A stretch of 64,000 bases of DNA from a virus. Below the pieces are notes generated by a model, which had not been told where the DNA came from, searched no databases, and saw only the letters and a program-made list of their open reading frames with translations. The stretch lies in IMG/VR virus record IMGVR_UViG_3300037307_000190; one strand, written 5' to 3'. Position numbers and translations under genes: made by a program. Within the stretch, counting starts at the first letter, position 1; each line of letters begins with the position of its first letter. Positions 52,029 through 61,854 of the stretch are shown here, piece after piece.

Positions 52029-54104
52029 ATGGACAGACCCGTCACCGAGAACTGGGACCGCTACTGCTACGCCCTGGATCGCGGACACCGCCAGTTCCAG
52101 AAGGCTGCTCGCGTGTGCGAGCGCATGTACCTCGGTGGCGGAAGACAGTGGTCGGAAGAAGACCTCAAGATCCTTCAGGAAGAGGGCCGGCCGGCCTACG
52201 AGTTCAACTCGATCCTTCCCTCGGTCAACGCGGCCATCGGCTACCAGATCGCCAACCGCATGGACATCTCTTTCCGTCCGAGGGGTGGAGACGCCGACCA
52301 GAAGCAGGCGGACATCCGCTCCAAGATCGTCATGCAGGTCGCCGACCAGAACCGCCTGCACTGGCACGAAACGCAGGTGTTCTCGGACGGCCTGATCCAG
52401 CAGCGCGGCTACTTCGACGTTCGTGTCAAGTTCAACCGCAACTTCATGGGCGACATCACGATCAGCACGCTCGATCCCCTGGACGTGGTCCCGGATCCCG
52501 ACGCGAAGACCTATGAACCCGACGGATGGAGCGACGTGCTCATCACCCGCTGGCTGACCCTCGACGAGATCGAGGAAGCCTACGGCAAGGAAGCACGATC
52601 GACCGTCGAGAACTCCCAGTACTACACCGAGAACGACTTCGGTGACTTCGACGACTCCGGGGAGGCGAGGAACAAGTTCGCCGGCCCGATGCACAGCGGT
52701 GCAGCATGGGACGTGCGCTGGCTGGACGGCAAGCTCGAACGCGTCAGGGTGATCGAACGTCAACGCTGGGTGCAGACCTTGTCGCGCTGCCTTTTCTATC
52801 CTGTCTCGGGTGATCTGAAACTGGCCGAGAACCTGACGCCAGAAGTGCTTCAGCAGCAACTGGCCGCCGGCGCGGTGCTCACCAAGGCCCGGCAGCGCCG
52901 CGTGAAGTGGTCGGTGGCGACCTCTCAGGAGACGCTGCACGACGAATGGAGTCCTTACGACGACTTCACGGTCGTTCCCTATTTCGCCTACTTCCGAAGA
53001 GGCGAGACGCTCGGCATGGTCGATAACGCCATCGGCCCACAACAGGCCAGGAACAAGGGCATCTCGCAGTTCCTTCACGTGTTGAACACCAGCGCGAACT
53101 CGGGATGGGTCGTCGAGCAAAACAGCCTGACCAACATGACCACCAAGGATCTTGAGAACGAGGGCGCCTCCACCGGCCTCGTGCTCGAGATCAAGCAGGG
53201 CTCAAAAGTCCCCGAGAAAATCCAGCCCAACCGTGTTCCCGACGGCGTCGACCGCATAATCACGATCGCCTCCGAAGCTCTCAAAGAGGTGACGATCCCC
53301 GAAGCGATGAGAGGGATCACCGGCCCTGAGAAGAGCGGTGTGGCCATCCAGCACAAGCAGTTCGCGGCCCAGCAACAACTTGCCATGCCGCTGGACAACC
53401 TGCAGAGAACGCGACACATGCTCGGAGAGAAGCTGCTCAACCTGATGAAGCAGTTCTACACCGAGGAGCGGGTCTTCCGCATCGCCGGCATGGACATGAG
53501 AACAGGTCGGGCAACCGAAACAAAGATTGCGGTCAACCAGTACGACCAGGAGACCGGGACGTACATCAACGACCTGACCGAAGGTGACTACGACGTGGTC
53601 ATCACCGAGCAGCCGATGCAGGTCACGTTCGACAACAGCCAGTTCCAGCAGGCCCTGGAACTGAGGCAGGCCGGCGTGGCGATCCCCGACGTGGTGATGG
53701 TGCAGCACTCCACGCTTCAGAGGAAGCAGGAGATCGTCGAGCAGATGTCTGCCATGCGGCAGATCGATCCTGTCGACGAAGCAAAGGCCGAACTCATCAA
53801 GGCGCAGACCATCCGCACACTTCAGGAAGCCGTGTCCACTGCGGTCGAGGCCATGTTCTCCTCGACCCAGGCGGCCAACCAGATCGCCACCATGCCCGCC
53901 GTCGCGCCGCTGGCCGACCAGTTGCTCAAGTCTGCCGGCTTCGAGGACAAGGACGCCCCGCCGATCATCCCGAGTTCTTCTCTTCCAACGGGTTCGCTGC
54001 CACCGTTGCTCGAGAACACGCGCCCCCTCAACCCGGCCAACCCGCAGGTGGGGATGCGCCGAGGCATCGAGAGGGCGGACGCCGCGATAGGGCAGCCGCA
54101 ATGA
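52029..54104 (+). CDS. portal protein
   Basis: M23 of the track ORF, with TAGGAG upstream. 691 aa, between terL and the scaffold gene. Confidence 0.75.
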   Translation: MDRPVTENWDRYCYALDRGHRQFQKAARVCERMYLGGGRQWSEEDLKILQEEGRPAYEFNSILPSVNAAIGYQIANRMDISFRPRGGDADQKQADIRSKIVMQVADQNRLHWHETQVFSDGLIQQRGYFDVRVKFNRNFMGDITISTLDPLDVVPDPDAKTYEPDGWSDVLITRWLTLDEIEEAYGKEARSTVENSQYYTENDFGDFDDSGEARNKFAGPMHSGAAWDVRWLDGKLERVRVIERQRWVQTLSRCLFYPVSGDLKLAENLTPEVLQQQLAAGAVLTKARQRRVKWSVATSQETLHDEWSPYDDFTVVPYFAYFRRGETLGMVDNAIGPQQARNKGISQFLHVLNTSANSGWVVEQNSLTNMTTKDLENEGASTGLVLEIKQGSKVPEKIQPNRVPDGVDRIITIASEALKEVTIPEAMRGITGPEKSGVAIQHKQFAAQQQLAMPLDNLQRTRHMLGEKLLNLMKQFYTEERVFRIAGMDMRTGRATETKIAVNQYDQETGTYINDLTEGDYDVVITEQPMQVTFDNSQFQQALELRQAGVAIPDVVMVQHSTLQRKQEIVEQMSAMRQIDPVDEAKAELIKAQTIRTLQEAVSTAVEAMFSSTQAANQIATMPAVAPLADQLLKSAGFEDKDAPPIIPSSSLPTGSLPPLLENTRPLNPANPQVGMRRGIERADAAIGQPQ

Positions 54105-54129
54105 ACGACACACCATAGGAGAGCAAGCA

Positions 54130-55023
54130 ATGCCGAAGCAAGCAGTCGCCGAGCGCGAAGAAACGAGTCAGATCACCGACGGTCAGGTGGACGGCGACAG
54201 CCCGCCGCAACTCGATCGCGGCGACGTGGTTGACAGCGTGGTTGACAGTGCGGTTGACAGTGCGGTTGACAGTGCGGTGGTTGAGCCGCAGCAGCCAATC
54301 ACGCCACCCGAACCCGATGAGCCCAGAGGCAAGGCAAGCTCGTATGTCCCGGTCAATCGGTTCAACGAGGTCAACGAGGAACGCAAGCGTCTTCTTCAGA
54401 TGAACGAGACGCTGATGTCGCAGATCACGGGCAAGGGTCCGTCGATCCCACAGTCGGCGCCGTTCGATCTCGCGGCCAAGCGCAAGGAGTACAACACCGC
54501 GCTGCTCGACGGCGACACCGACAAGGCCACGCAGATTCAGGTCGAGGTCGACAACTACATCATGGAGGAATCGACCCAGCGCGCTCGCACGCAGGCCAAC
54601 ATCGATCACGAAAACCGCCTGCTTGCCGATACGGCAAAAGCCATCAAGACCGATTACCCGTTCCTCGACGAAAGTGGAGAACAGGCCAATCCAGAAGCGA
54701 TCCAGATGGTAATTGCGTTGAGAAATCAACTGGTTGCCGAAGGCAAACCCATGCACAATGCGCTGCGAGAGGCTTCCGCGCGGGTGGTCAAGTTCTATGC
54801 GCCCAGCACGCCGAGCGTGCCAAGCATCGACGGCCAGCCGAGCGCAAGGACCGTGGCGCAGCGCACGGCCAACGCCAGGGCGGCGGCGAACCAGCCGCCA
54901 GCGATGCCCGGTGTGGGCGCGCGCAGCGAGAAGATGTTGGACGCCTTCGACGTGGAGAAGGCGACCGAGGACCAGTTCCGGGCGTTGCCCGAGGCCGAGA
55001 AGCGCAAGCTCCGAGGCGACTGA
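54130..55023 (+). CDS. scaffolding protein candidate
   Basis: Acidic, helical 297-aa protein between the portal and capsid genes. Contains the VDSA 12-nt tandem repeat. Confidence 0.6.
   Translation: MPKQAVAEREETSQITDGQVDGDSPPQLDRGDVVDSVVDSAVDSAVDSAVVEPQQPITPPEPDEPRGKASSYVPVNRFNEVNEERKRLLQMNETLMSQITGKGPSIPQSAPFDLAAKRKEYNTALLDGDTDKATQIQVEVDNYIMEESTQRARTQANIDHENRLLADTAKAIKTDYPFLDESGEQANPEAIQMVIALRNQLVAEGKPMHNALREASARVVKFYAPSTPSVPSIDGQPSARTVAQRTANARAAANQPPAMPGVGARSEKMLDAFDVEKATEDQFRALPEAEKRKLRGD
54226..54282 (+). repeat. 12-nt tandem repeat (GTTGACAGTGCG-type, about 4.5 copies) encoding (VDSA)n
   Basis: gtggttgacagcgtggttgacagtgcggttgacagtgcggttgacagtgcggtg read directly. Coordinates are approximate. 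Confidence 0.8.
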
Positions 55024-55197
55024 CCACGCGGCCCGCCGGGTGCCTCAACCCGGCCGGTCTTCCCCCGCAGGGATGTCATCGCCAAGCTCAGGCGTTAAAG
55101 GAGCCGGTCTCTTCGATCCGCAATCGATGTCATCGCGGCTTGGGCGGCGCACTGCCCGGAAACAGTGTTCATCCACTTTTTTCGGAAGGAAGCCGTC

Positions 55198-56304
55198 ATG
55201 GCACAAACCAATTTCGCGGCACTCACGCCGCAGCAGAAACTCGTGTGGTCGCGCGACGTGTGGCAAGCCGCACGCGACCAGATGTTCATCAACAAGTTCG
55301 TGGGGACGTCCGAGTCCTCGATGATCCAGCGCGTCACGGAGCTGACGAAGACCGAGAAGGGCGAGCAGTGCATCATGCACCTCGTCGCCGATCTGGTCGA
55401 AGACGGCGTGCAGGGCGACAACGAGCGGGAAGGCAACGAGGAGGCGATGCAGTCCTACTCGCAGGTCATCAACATCGACCTGATCTCGCACGGTGTTCGT
55501 AACACCGGCAAGCTGGCCGAGCAGAAGACCGTGATCCGCTTCCGCGAGCATGCCCGCGACCGGCTGGCCTACTGGCTGGCGAACCGCATGGACCAACTGG
55601 CCTTCCAGACGCTGTCGGGCATCTCCTATTCGTTCAAGCCCGATGGCAGCGCGCGCGACGCCGGCTCGCCGTTCCCCAATCTCGCGTTCGCTGCGGACGT
55701 TTCGGCGCCGACGACGAATCGCTCGTTGATGTGGAACGGCACGGCTCTGGTGCCCAGCGTGACGGGCAGCATCACCAACGCGTATGTCCCAAGCTACAAG
55801 ATGATCGTGGACCTGATCGCCTACGCCAAGGACCACTACATCAAGCCGCTTATGAGCGGCGGCAAGGAGTACTACATGCTCCTCGTCAAGCCCGGCACCC
55901 TGGCCGCGCTGAAGAAGGACGACAACTACCAACGTGCGGTCGTCGGCGTGGCGACCAAGTCTGGCGAAGCCTCGCCGTGGTTCACCGGCGGTCAGGTGAC
56001 GATCGACGGCGCCGTGCTGCACGAGCACCGGCTGGTCTACTCCACCAAGGGCGCGGCCTCGGGCTCGAAGTGGGGCGCAGGCGGCCTCGTCGACGGCACC
56101 CGCACGCTGCTGTGTGGTGCCCAGGCGCTGGGCATGAGCGACCTCGGCCCGCCCGAGTGGAGCGAGAAGATGTTCCAGTACGACAGCCAGCAGGGCATCA
56201 ACGTCGACAAGATGTTCGGTCTGCTGAAGCCCAAGTTCTACTCGATCTACGACAAGTCGGTCGAAGATTTCGGCGTCGTCTCCGTCGACCACTACCTGCA
56301 GTAA
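55198..56304 (+). CDS. major capsid protein candidate (368 aa)
   Basis: M12 of the track ORF, with GGAAGGAAG upstream. Called from its position after the scaffold gene, its size, and the strong terminator downstream of the next gene. Confidence 0.7.
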   Translation: MAQTNFAALTPQQKLVWSRDVWQAARDQMFINKFVGTSESSMIQRVTELTKTEKGEQCIMHLVADLVEDGVQGDNEREGNEEAMQSYSQVINIDLISHGVRNTGKLAEQKTVIRFREHARDRLAYWLANRMDQLAFQTLSGISYSFKPDGSARDAGSPFPNLAFAADVSAPTTNRSLMWNGTALVPSVTGSITNAYVPSYKMIVDLIAYAKDHYIKPLMSGGKEYYMLLVKPGTLAALKKDDNYQRAVVGVATKSGEASPWFTGGQVTIDGAVLHEHRLVYSTKGAASGSKWGAGGLVDGTRTLLCGAQALGMSDLGPPEWSEKMFQYDSQQGINVDKMFGLLKPKFYSIYDKSVEDFGVVSVDHYLQ

Positions 56305-56375
56305 GCAGGCTCGCAGCCGGGGCGGCGCTCACCGCCCCGGCTTTCCTCACTCCATTGATGATGAAGGAGTAACCC

Positions 56376-56774
56376 ATGAGCATCACCAAGAACGCAGGAC
56401 GTCAAGAGGTCATTTCCGCCTATGTCGATGTCGCGCTGGCCGACCTGACCAGCGGCGCAGCAGCCGCAGCCATCGATCTGCCGCCCGGTGCGGTGGTCGT
56501 CGGCGGCGACGTTGTCGTCGATACGGCCTTCGACTCGGGCACCAGCGATGCAATCGTCGTCGGTGACGCCTCGGTGGCCAATCGCTACCTGACCTCGACC
56601 TCGATCGCCGCAACCGGCCGCACGGCACTCGTGCCGACGGGCTTCAAGGTGACGGCCGCGCAGCCTGCCGTGGCCGTCACATGGACCGGGGTTGGCACGG
56701 CTGCAACGGTGGGCGCTCTGCGCCTGCGCGTGGACTACATCGTGCGCGGCCGCAGCTTCTTCACGCAGTCCTGA
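56376..56774 (+). CDS. small virion protein (132 aa), possible capsid decoration
   Basis: GAAGGAG upstream. Ala/Val/Thr/Gly-rich beta-type composition. Followed by an intrinsic terminator. Confidence 0.55.
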   Translation: MSITKNAGRQEVISAYVDVALADLTSGAAAAAIDLPPGAVVVGGDVVVDTAFDSGTSDAIVVGDASVANRYLTSTSIAATGRTALVPTGFKVTAAQPAVAVTWTGVGTAATVGALRLRVDYIVRGRSFFTQS

Positions 56775-56819
56775 GCGGCTCTCTCCGTGATCTTGTTGCT
56801 TAGTCTCAAGGTCTTTCAA

Positions 56820-56851
56820 CCCCGCCACGGGTAACCGCGGCGGGGCTTTTT
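56820..56851 (+). terminator. rho-independent terminator
   Basis: CCCCGCCACGG gtaa CCGCGGCGGGG followed by CTTTTT. Confidence 0.8.
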
Positions 56852-56871
56852 CAACGCACAAGGAAAACATC

Positions 56872-57222
56872 ATGCGGATGAGATCGCCCGACGGCAAACA
56901 GTTCGTGCGCGTCGCCGACACGGCGGGGCACACCTTCATCGTCGGCAAGGAATGGACGGAAGTGCCCGAGCGCTTCCGCAGGGGCCTCGTTGCAGAGGGC
57001 GCCGTGATCGAGGGAATGGAGGGCGAACAGCCCGACCCTGGCAAGAGCCTCGTCAGCCAGGACGAGATCGTGCTTCAGACGATCTCGACGATGGTCGACG
57101 AGGGCAAGGCAGACGAATTCGGCAACGACGGCAAGCCAAAGATCGACGCCATCTCCAAGCGCGCGGGGTTCTCGGTCACGCGCCACATGCGCGACAAGGC
57201 GTGGGAAACCATCAGCTCGTGA
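56872..57222 (+). CDS. hypothetical structural-module protein (116 aa)
   Basis: Track ORF in the head-tail region. Confidence 0.55.
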   Translation: MRMRSPDGKQFVRVADTAGHTFIVGKEWTEVPERFRRGLVAEGAVIEGMEGEQPDPGKSLVSQDEIVLQTISTMVDEGKADEFGNDGKPKIDAISKRAGFSVTRHMRDKAWETISS

Positions 57223-57230
57223 GGTAGCCG

Positions 57231-57923
57231 ATGAAGCGCTCCGAAATCATCGAGGCGTTCCGACAGGAAGTTGATGATGTTGCGCAGCCGTTCCTGTGGA
57301 CGCCTCGCGATGTCGATCGCTACCTGAATGCGGCGGTCAGGGAAGTCGCGTTTCGCGCGCGGCTGATCTACGACACGCTGACGGTCGAAGACGCCAACGC
57401 GGTTGCGGTGTGCTCCATCGCTGTCACTGCCCCAACGGCATCCTATGCCGTGCATCCCTCGATCTTCGAGGTCGAGCGAGCGCGATTGAACTCGCGTCCG
57501 CTCAGGGAGTGGCTGAAGGTCACTTCCCAGTATCAGATGGACCGAGACGAGCCGGGGTGGGAGAGCTACACCGGCACGCCGAGGTTCCTCGTCGTCGAGC
57601 ACGCCGGCAAGGCGTTCCGCGCCACGCTGGTTCCGGCGCCAGTGACGGACGACACGCTTTGGCTGAGCGTGTACCGACTTCCCTTGGAAGATCAGAACAG
57701 CGCCGACGACGAGCCCGAGATCCCTGCGGTCTACCACCTTCACTTGGTGGACTACATGATGCACCTCGCGTATCGAAAGCAAGACGCTGAGACGCGCGAC
57801 GAGCAGAAGTCGCTCGATGCGCTCAAGCGCTTCACCATGTACTTCGGCGAAGCGCGCGACGCCACCGTGCAGCGCCAACAGCAAGACCGCCGGAAGAACG
57901 TCGTGCGCGCGAGAGGCTTTTGA
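57231..57923 (+). CDS. head-tail adaptor/connector candidate (230 aa)
   Basis: GAGG upstream. Called from position and size; no motif evidence. Confidence 0.45.
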   Translation: MKRSEIIEAFRQEVDDVAQPFLWTPRDVDRYLNAAVREVAFRARLIYDTLTVEDANAVAVCSIAVTAPTASYAVHPSIFEVERARLNSRPLREWLKVTSQYQMDRDEPGWESYTGTPRFLVVEHAGKAFRATLVPAPVTDDTLWLSVYRLPLEDQNSADDEPEIPAVYHLHLVDYMMHLAYRKQDAETRDEQKSLDALKRFTMYFGEARDATVQRQQQDRRKNVVRARGF

Positions 57924-59101
57924 TGAAGCCGACGATCGTCCAGATCAAGAAGTTCGCCGGTCTGCGATCGCAGATCAGCCCCGATCGCATGACGGTTGGA
58001 GACCTTATCTCGGCTGTCAATGTGCGCATCGACGAGACGGGGCAGGCCAGCCGCCGGCGAGGGTTCTCCACGGTCATTGCAACCCACTCGCACTCGCTGT
58101 GGTCGCAAGGCCCGATGACTCTCGGTGTCGTGGGCGGGAATCTGGTGCGGATCAACCCAGGGTACTCGACTACCGTTCTAGCCAGCGGGTTGCGAGGCTA
58201 TGCTGTCTACGAGACGGTGGAGGATCGAGTCTACTGGTCCTGCGCGAACGCCTGCGGCATCGTCGAAGGTGGGGCGAACCGATCTTGGGGGCTTGAGGTT
58301 CCCGCCCCCATCATCGGACAGTCCGCCGGCCGCCTTCCCGCCGGGGTCTATCAAGCGGTGGCGACGTTTCGCCGGGGTGACCGTCAAGAGTCCGGGGCGT
58401 CTGCTGCGTTTGTCCTGTCCGTGCCTGCGGATGGCGGGGTGTCGATCGCAGCCCCGATGACCGCGGACCCGGGCGTCGAGGCCTGTGTGCTCTACATCAG
58501 CACCCCAGGCGGATCGACGCTGTATCGAGCTGGTGAGTGTGCCCCAGGTGACTCGTTCATCTACAGCGGTGATTCCACAGACCTGACGATCCCGCTGCAG
58601 ACGCAGTTTCTGGATCGGGCCGTGCCGTGTGGAGCGATGGCGTTCTACGCGGGCCGGATGTGGCTCGCGGTGGGATCTGCCCTGTACCCATCGGAGCCGT
58701 TCTCGCTCGAACTGTTCGACTACCGCAAAGATGTCCCTTTCCCCGCCACGGTGCGGATGATCGCCCCGCAGCGTGGGGATGCGGCGGGGATGTTCGTCGG
58801 CACCGACGCCGGGGTGGTGTACTTGCAGGGCGCAGACCCCGACACGTTGCAAGTGTCAGATCGGTCTGCAGACCCAGTCCTGGCTGGTTCGCTGGTGTAC
58901 GTGCCCGGCGAACTGATGGGCGACGGGGAACTGTCCGGGCAGCAAATCCCGGTGTGGGCCACGTCCAAGTCATTCTGCGCCGGCATGCCAGACGGCAGCA
59001 TGCGCAGCCTCACGATCAATCGTCACCCGCTGTCGCTGAAAGGGCCGGCGGCCATGTACTTCGATGCAGACCTCAAGCAGCTCGTCTTGAGTGCCGCATG
59101 A
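57923..59101 (+). CDS. tail structural protein candidate (392 aa)
   Basis: ATG in a TGATG overlap with the upstream stop. The track ORF starts at a TTG at 57920. Confidence 0.55.
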   Translation: MKPTIVQIKKFAGLRSQISPDRMTVGDLISAVNVRIDETGQASRRRGFSTVIATHSHSLWSQGPMTLGVVGGNLVRINPGYSTTVLASGLRGYAVYETVEDRVYWSCANACGIVEGGANRSWGLEVPAPIIGQSAGRLPAGVYQAVATFRRGDRQESGASAAFVLSVPADGGVSIAAPMTADPGVEACVLYISTPGGSTLYRAGECAPGDSFIYSGDSTDLTIPLQTQFLDRAVPCGAMAFYAGRMWLAVGSALYPSEPFSLELFDYRKDVPFPATVRMIAPQRGDAAGMFVGTDAGVVYLQGADPDTLQVSDRSADPVLAGSLVYVPGELMGDGELSGQQIPVWATSKSFCAGMPDGSMRSLTINRHPLSLKGPAAMYFDADLKQLVLSAA

Positions 59102-59145
59102 CAGGTTTTTCAACCGCGGCACCGCCGCACAACTAGGAGGTCAGC

Positions 59146-59919
59146 ATGACGCTGCGCTACTCAACAGGGCTCCGCAATCACTTGGCGGCGGGTGGTTCTT
59201 TCAAACGGGCTTTCCAGAACGGCCGCATCGAAATCTACACCGGCTCTCAACCGGCCAACGCCGACGCTGCGGTGACTGGCACGCTGCTGGCAACCATCAC
59301 CAACAGCAGCGGCGCCCACACCGCCGAGGTGCGGGCGACGGGCACGATCACCATTGCCGGGTCGGCCGGGTCGGTGGATACGGTGACGATCGACGGCGAC
59401 GCGATCATCGACGCTGCGGTGCCGTGGAACACCTCCACGACCCAGACGGCAACCGATCTGGCTCAGGCCATCAACGATTACGAGTCGCACCTGGGTGTCT
59501 CGGCCACGTCGGCCGGCGCGGTGGTCACGGTCTACGCTCCCCTTGGAGCCGGGGCCGCGTTCAACGCGGCGGTCCTGGCAACGACGGTCACGACCCTGAC
59601 CGCCACGCCGGTAAACTTTTCCGGTGGGGTGACTGCTGTCAACGGGTTGAAGTTCGGCACCGAGTCGGCGGGGGCGGTGGCCAAGCTGGCGTCGCAGACT
59701 TGGGAAGGGACCAACGTGGCCAACGGAACGGCGGGGTGGTATCGCATGTACGGTTCGGTGGCGGATGCCGGCGGACTGGACTCGAACGCCCAGACGATCC
59801 GCGAGGACGGTGCGATCTCCACGTCGGGGCAGCAGTTGAACTTCACCGGTTCGACCATGGTCACGCTTTCGGCCAAGACCACCATCAATACGTGGTCGCG
59901 GACGGTGCCCGCCGTTTGA
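59146..59919 (+). CDS. tail structural protein candidate (257 aa)
   Basis: TAGGAGG upstream. Thr/Ala/Gly-rich beta-type composition. Confidence 0.55.
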   Translation: MTLRYSTGLRNHLAAGGSFKRAFQNGRIEIYTGSQPANADAAVTGTLLATITNSSGAHTAEVRATGTITIAGSAGSVDTVTIDGDAIIDAAVPWNTSTTQTATDLAQAINDYESHLGVSATSAGAVVTVYAPLGAGAAFNAAVLATTVTTLTATPVNFSGGVTAVNGLKFGTESAGAVAKLASQTWEGTNVANGTAGWYRMYGSVADAGGLDSNAQTIREDGAISTSGQQLNFTGSTMVTLSAKTTINTWSRTVPAV

Positions 59920-59925
59920 TGAGTC

Positions 59926-61854
59926 ATGGACTCGACCGCCGACTCCTCCGTCACGCTACTCAGTCTCAGTGAAAGCAGCACTGGGTCCAACGGTAGCGTT
60001 GGCGAGGCCAGTCAGAACCTGTCGGTCCTCAGTGTCAGCAACACGGGGGTCACGGGTGTCGCGGCGGATTCCACCCAGACCTTGCCGACCCTTTGGGCCG
60101 GTGACGGTCTGGTGTGGGAGAAGGTTCCGATCCTCATACCCACCACCGCGGAGTCCGAAGGAGCGACGGGGCGAGGGGGAGGGTCGGACCTCGACGTTCT
60201 TCTGGTCGATGCCCATGGCACCGCCGGCGGCGCAGCCGCGTCCTCGTCGCTGACCATCCCGGCATTGACGGGCAACGGCACCGGGCTGCCGCAGCGCATC
60301 GGCGCGTCCAGCCAGACCCTGCCATCCCTCACCGCTTCCTCGACCGGGACCATCCCGGTCTACTTCATCGCCAGTTCCGCCCGGTCCCTGCCGGCCATCA
60401 CCGGCACGGGGACCGCGCTGGCGCAGCGGTTCGCCGACTCGGCCCAGACCCTTCAGCCAGTCACCGCCAGCTCGACCGCCACATCCCTGCCGGCGCGTGC
60501 GGCGGATTCCGCCCAGACGCTGCCGGCCATCGAGGCAACCAGTGTCGGGCAGACGCAGCGACTTGCGGACTCTGCCGCGGCGCTACCTCTCATCCAGGCA
60601 TCGTCCACGGCTGAGACCGAGGGCGCCCTTGCCGCCGGTGACCGGGTGGCCGCGTCCGATCTCGTGGCCCCGTCCGTGCTCACGGGCGATGCCACCGGAT
60701 TCACGCAGCGCATCGCGGGCTCGATCGTCACCCTGCCAACGGTCAGCGGATCGTCCACCGGCGCGACCGAGGGTGCCGTCGGTGCAGATGACAGCGTCGG
60801 GCAGTCCGACCAGCAGATCCCGTCGCTCACGATCGAGAGCACGGGATACCTGCAGCAGATCGCAGAGTCCGACCAGACCCTGCCACGTCTCGTTGCCGTG
60901 TCGACCGCGGCCCGACAAGCGCTGGGCGTGTCCGAGCAGGCGCTGCCTGCGCTTGTGGCAGTCTCGACCGGCACCTCGGGCGCCGGGTTCTCCAACAGCG
61001 ACGCAACCCTGCCGATCATCGCCGGCCAGTCCGTCGCATCGACATCGCGTGTCGGGGTGTCGGATGTCACCCTGGCCCAGATCGTCGCTCTGTCGCAAGC
61101 CGGGGGCATCGGGGCGGAGTCTGCGCAGGCCCTGCCGATTCTTGAGTCCGTCGGTGATGGTGTTCTGCACCGCGTCGGCGAGGCCGTCATCACCCTGCCC
61201 CTGGTCACGGGGGAGTCCGACGGTGTCACCGGTCGCGCCGGGGCATCCGAGCTGGTCCTGCCGATGCTGTCGGCACAGTCCGCAGCAGCAGCGATCAGTG
61301 CAGGGGCGTCGATTCTTGTCCTGCCGTCGTGGGTCGCTTCCGGGATCGGGCAGTCTCCTGCCGGCACGGTGGCCCCGGGCACGGCAGCGGCGCAGGGCCA
61401 GACGTTCGCCCTCGACACCAAGGGCTATGCACTCACCGAGTTCGTCGGAGCGACCTTCAACTCGTATGCCTACATGGGCGACGTGCTGCTGGCCGCGAAC
61501 GAAGACGGGGTGTTCGTGATCGGCGGGTCAACCGACAACGGGCAGCCCATCGACGCGCGACTCACGTTCCCCCTGCCCGACGAGGAATCGAGGCTCCGCC
61601 GTCTTGCCCGGCTGACCGTGGGGTATCGCAACGACGGTGATCTTCGCCTGTCCGTGCAGGCAGATGGTGGAGAGCAGTACGAATACGTGCTTGAGGAAAC
61701 GGGCCGTGACGCGACTCATCCGAACCGGGTCCGCATCGGCAAGGGGATCAAAGGTCGATACTGGACGCTGTCGGTGGAGAACGTGGACGGTGCAGACTTC
61801 GCCATCGACACCGCAGATGTGGACTGGGAATTCCTTTCGCGGAGAGTGCCGTGA
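59926..61854 (+). CDS. tail protein with about 20 degenerate (A/S)xSxQTLPxL(x)AxSTG repeats and a globular C-terminal domain
   Basis: Repeats read in the translation (SQTLPSLTASSTG, AQTLQPVTASSTA, AQTLPAIEATSVG, DQTLPRLVAVSTA ...). Confidence 0.6.
   Translation: MDSTADSSVTLLSLSESSTGSNGSVGEASQNLSVLSVSNTGVTGVAADSTQTLPTLWAGDGLVWEKVPILIPTTAESEGATGRGGGSDLDVLLVDAHGTAGGAAASSSLTIPALTGNGTGLPQRIGASSQTLPSLTASSTGTIPVYFIASSARSLPAITGTGTALAQRFADSAQTLQPVTASSTATSLPARAADSAQTLPAIEATSVGQTQRLADSAAALPLIQASSTAETEGALAAGDRVAASDLVAPSVLTGDATGFTQRIAGSIVTLPTVSGSSTGATEGAVGADDSVGQSDQQIPSLTIESTGYLQQIAESDQTLPRLVAVSTAARQALGVSEQALPALVAVSTGTSGAGFSNSDATLPIIAGQSVASTSRVGVSDVTLAQIVALSQAGGIGAESAQALPILESVGDGVLHRVGEAVITLPLVTGESDGVTGRAGASELVLPMLSAQSAAAAISAGASILVLPSWVASGIGQSPAGTVAPGTAAAQGQTFALDTKGYALTEFVGATFNSYAYMGDVLLAANEDGVFVIGGSTDNGQPIDARLTFPLPDEESRLRRLARLTVGYRNDGDLRLSVQADGGEQYEYVLEETGRDATHPNRVRIGKGIKGRYWTLSVENVDGADFAIDTADVDWEFLSRRVP

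Noticed and set aside
54226-54282. Four or five TTGACA hexamers in tandem inside the scaffold gene, as possible promoters.
   Set aside because: They are part of an in-frame 12-nt coding repeat (VDSA)n with no -10 partners.
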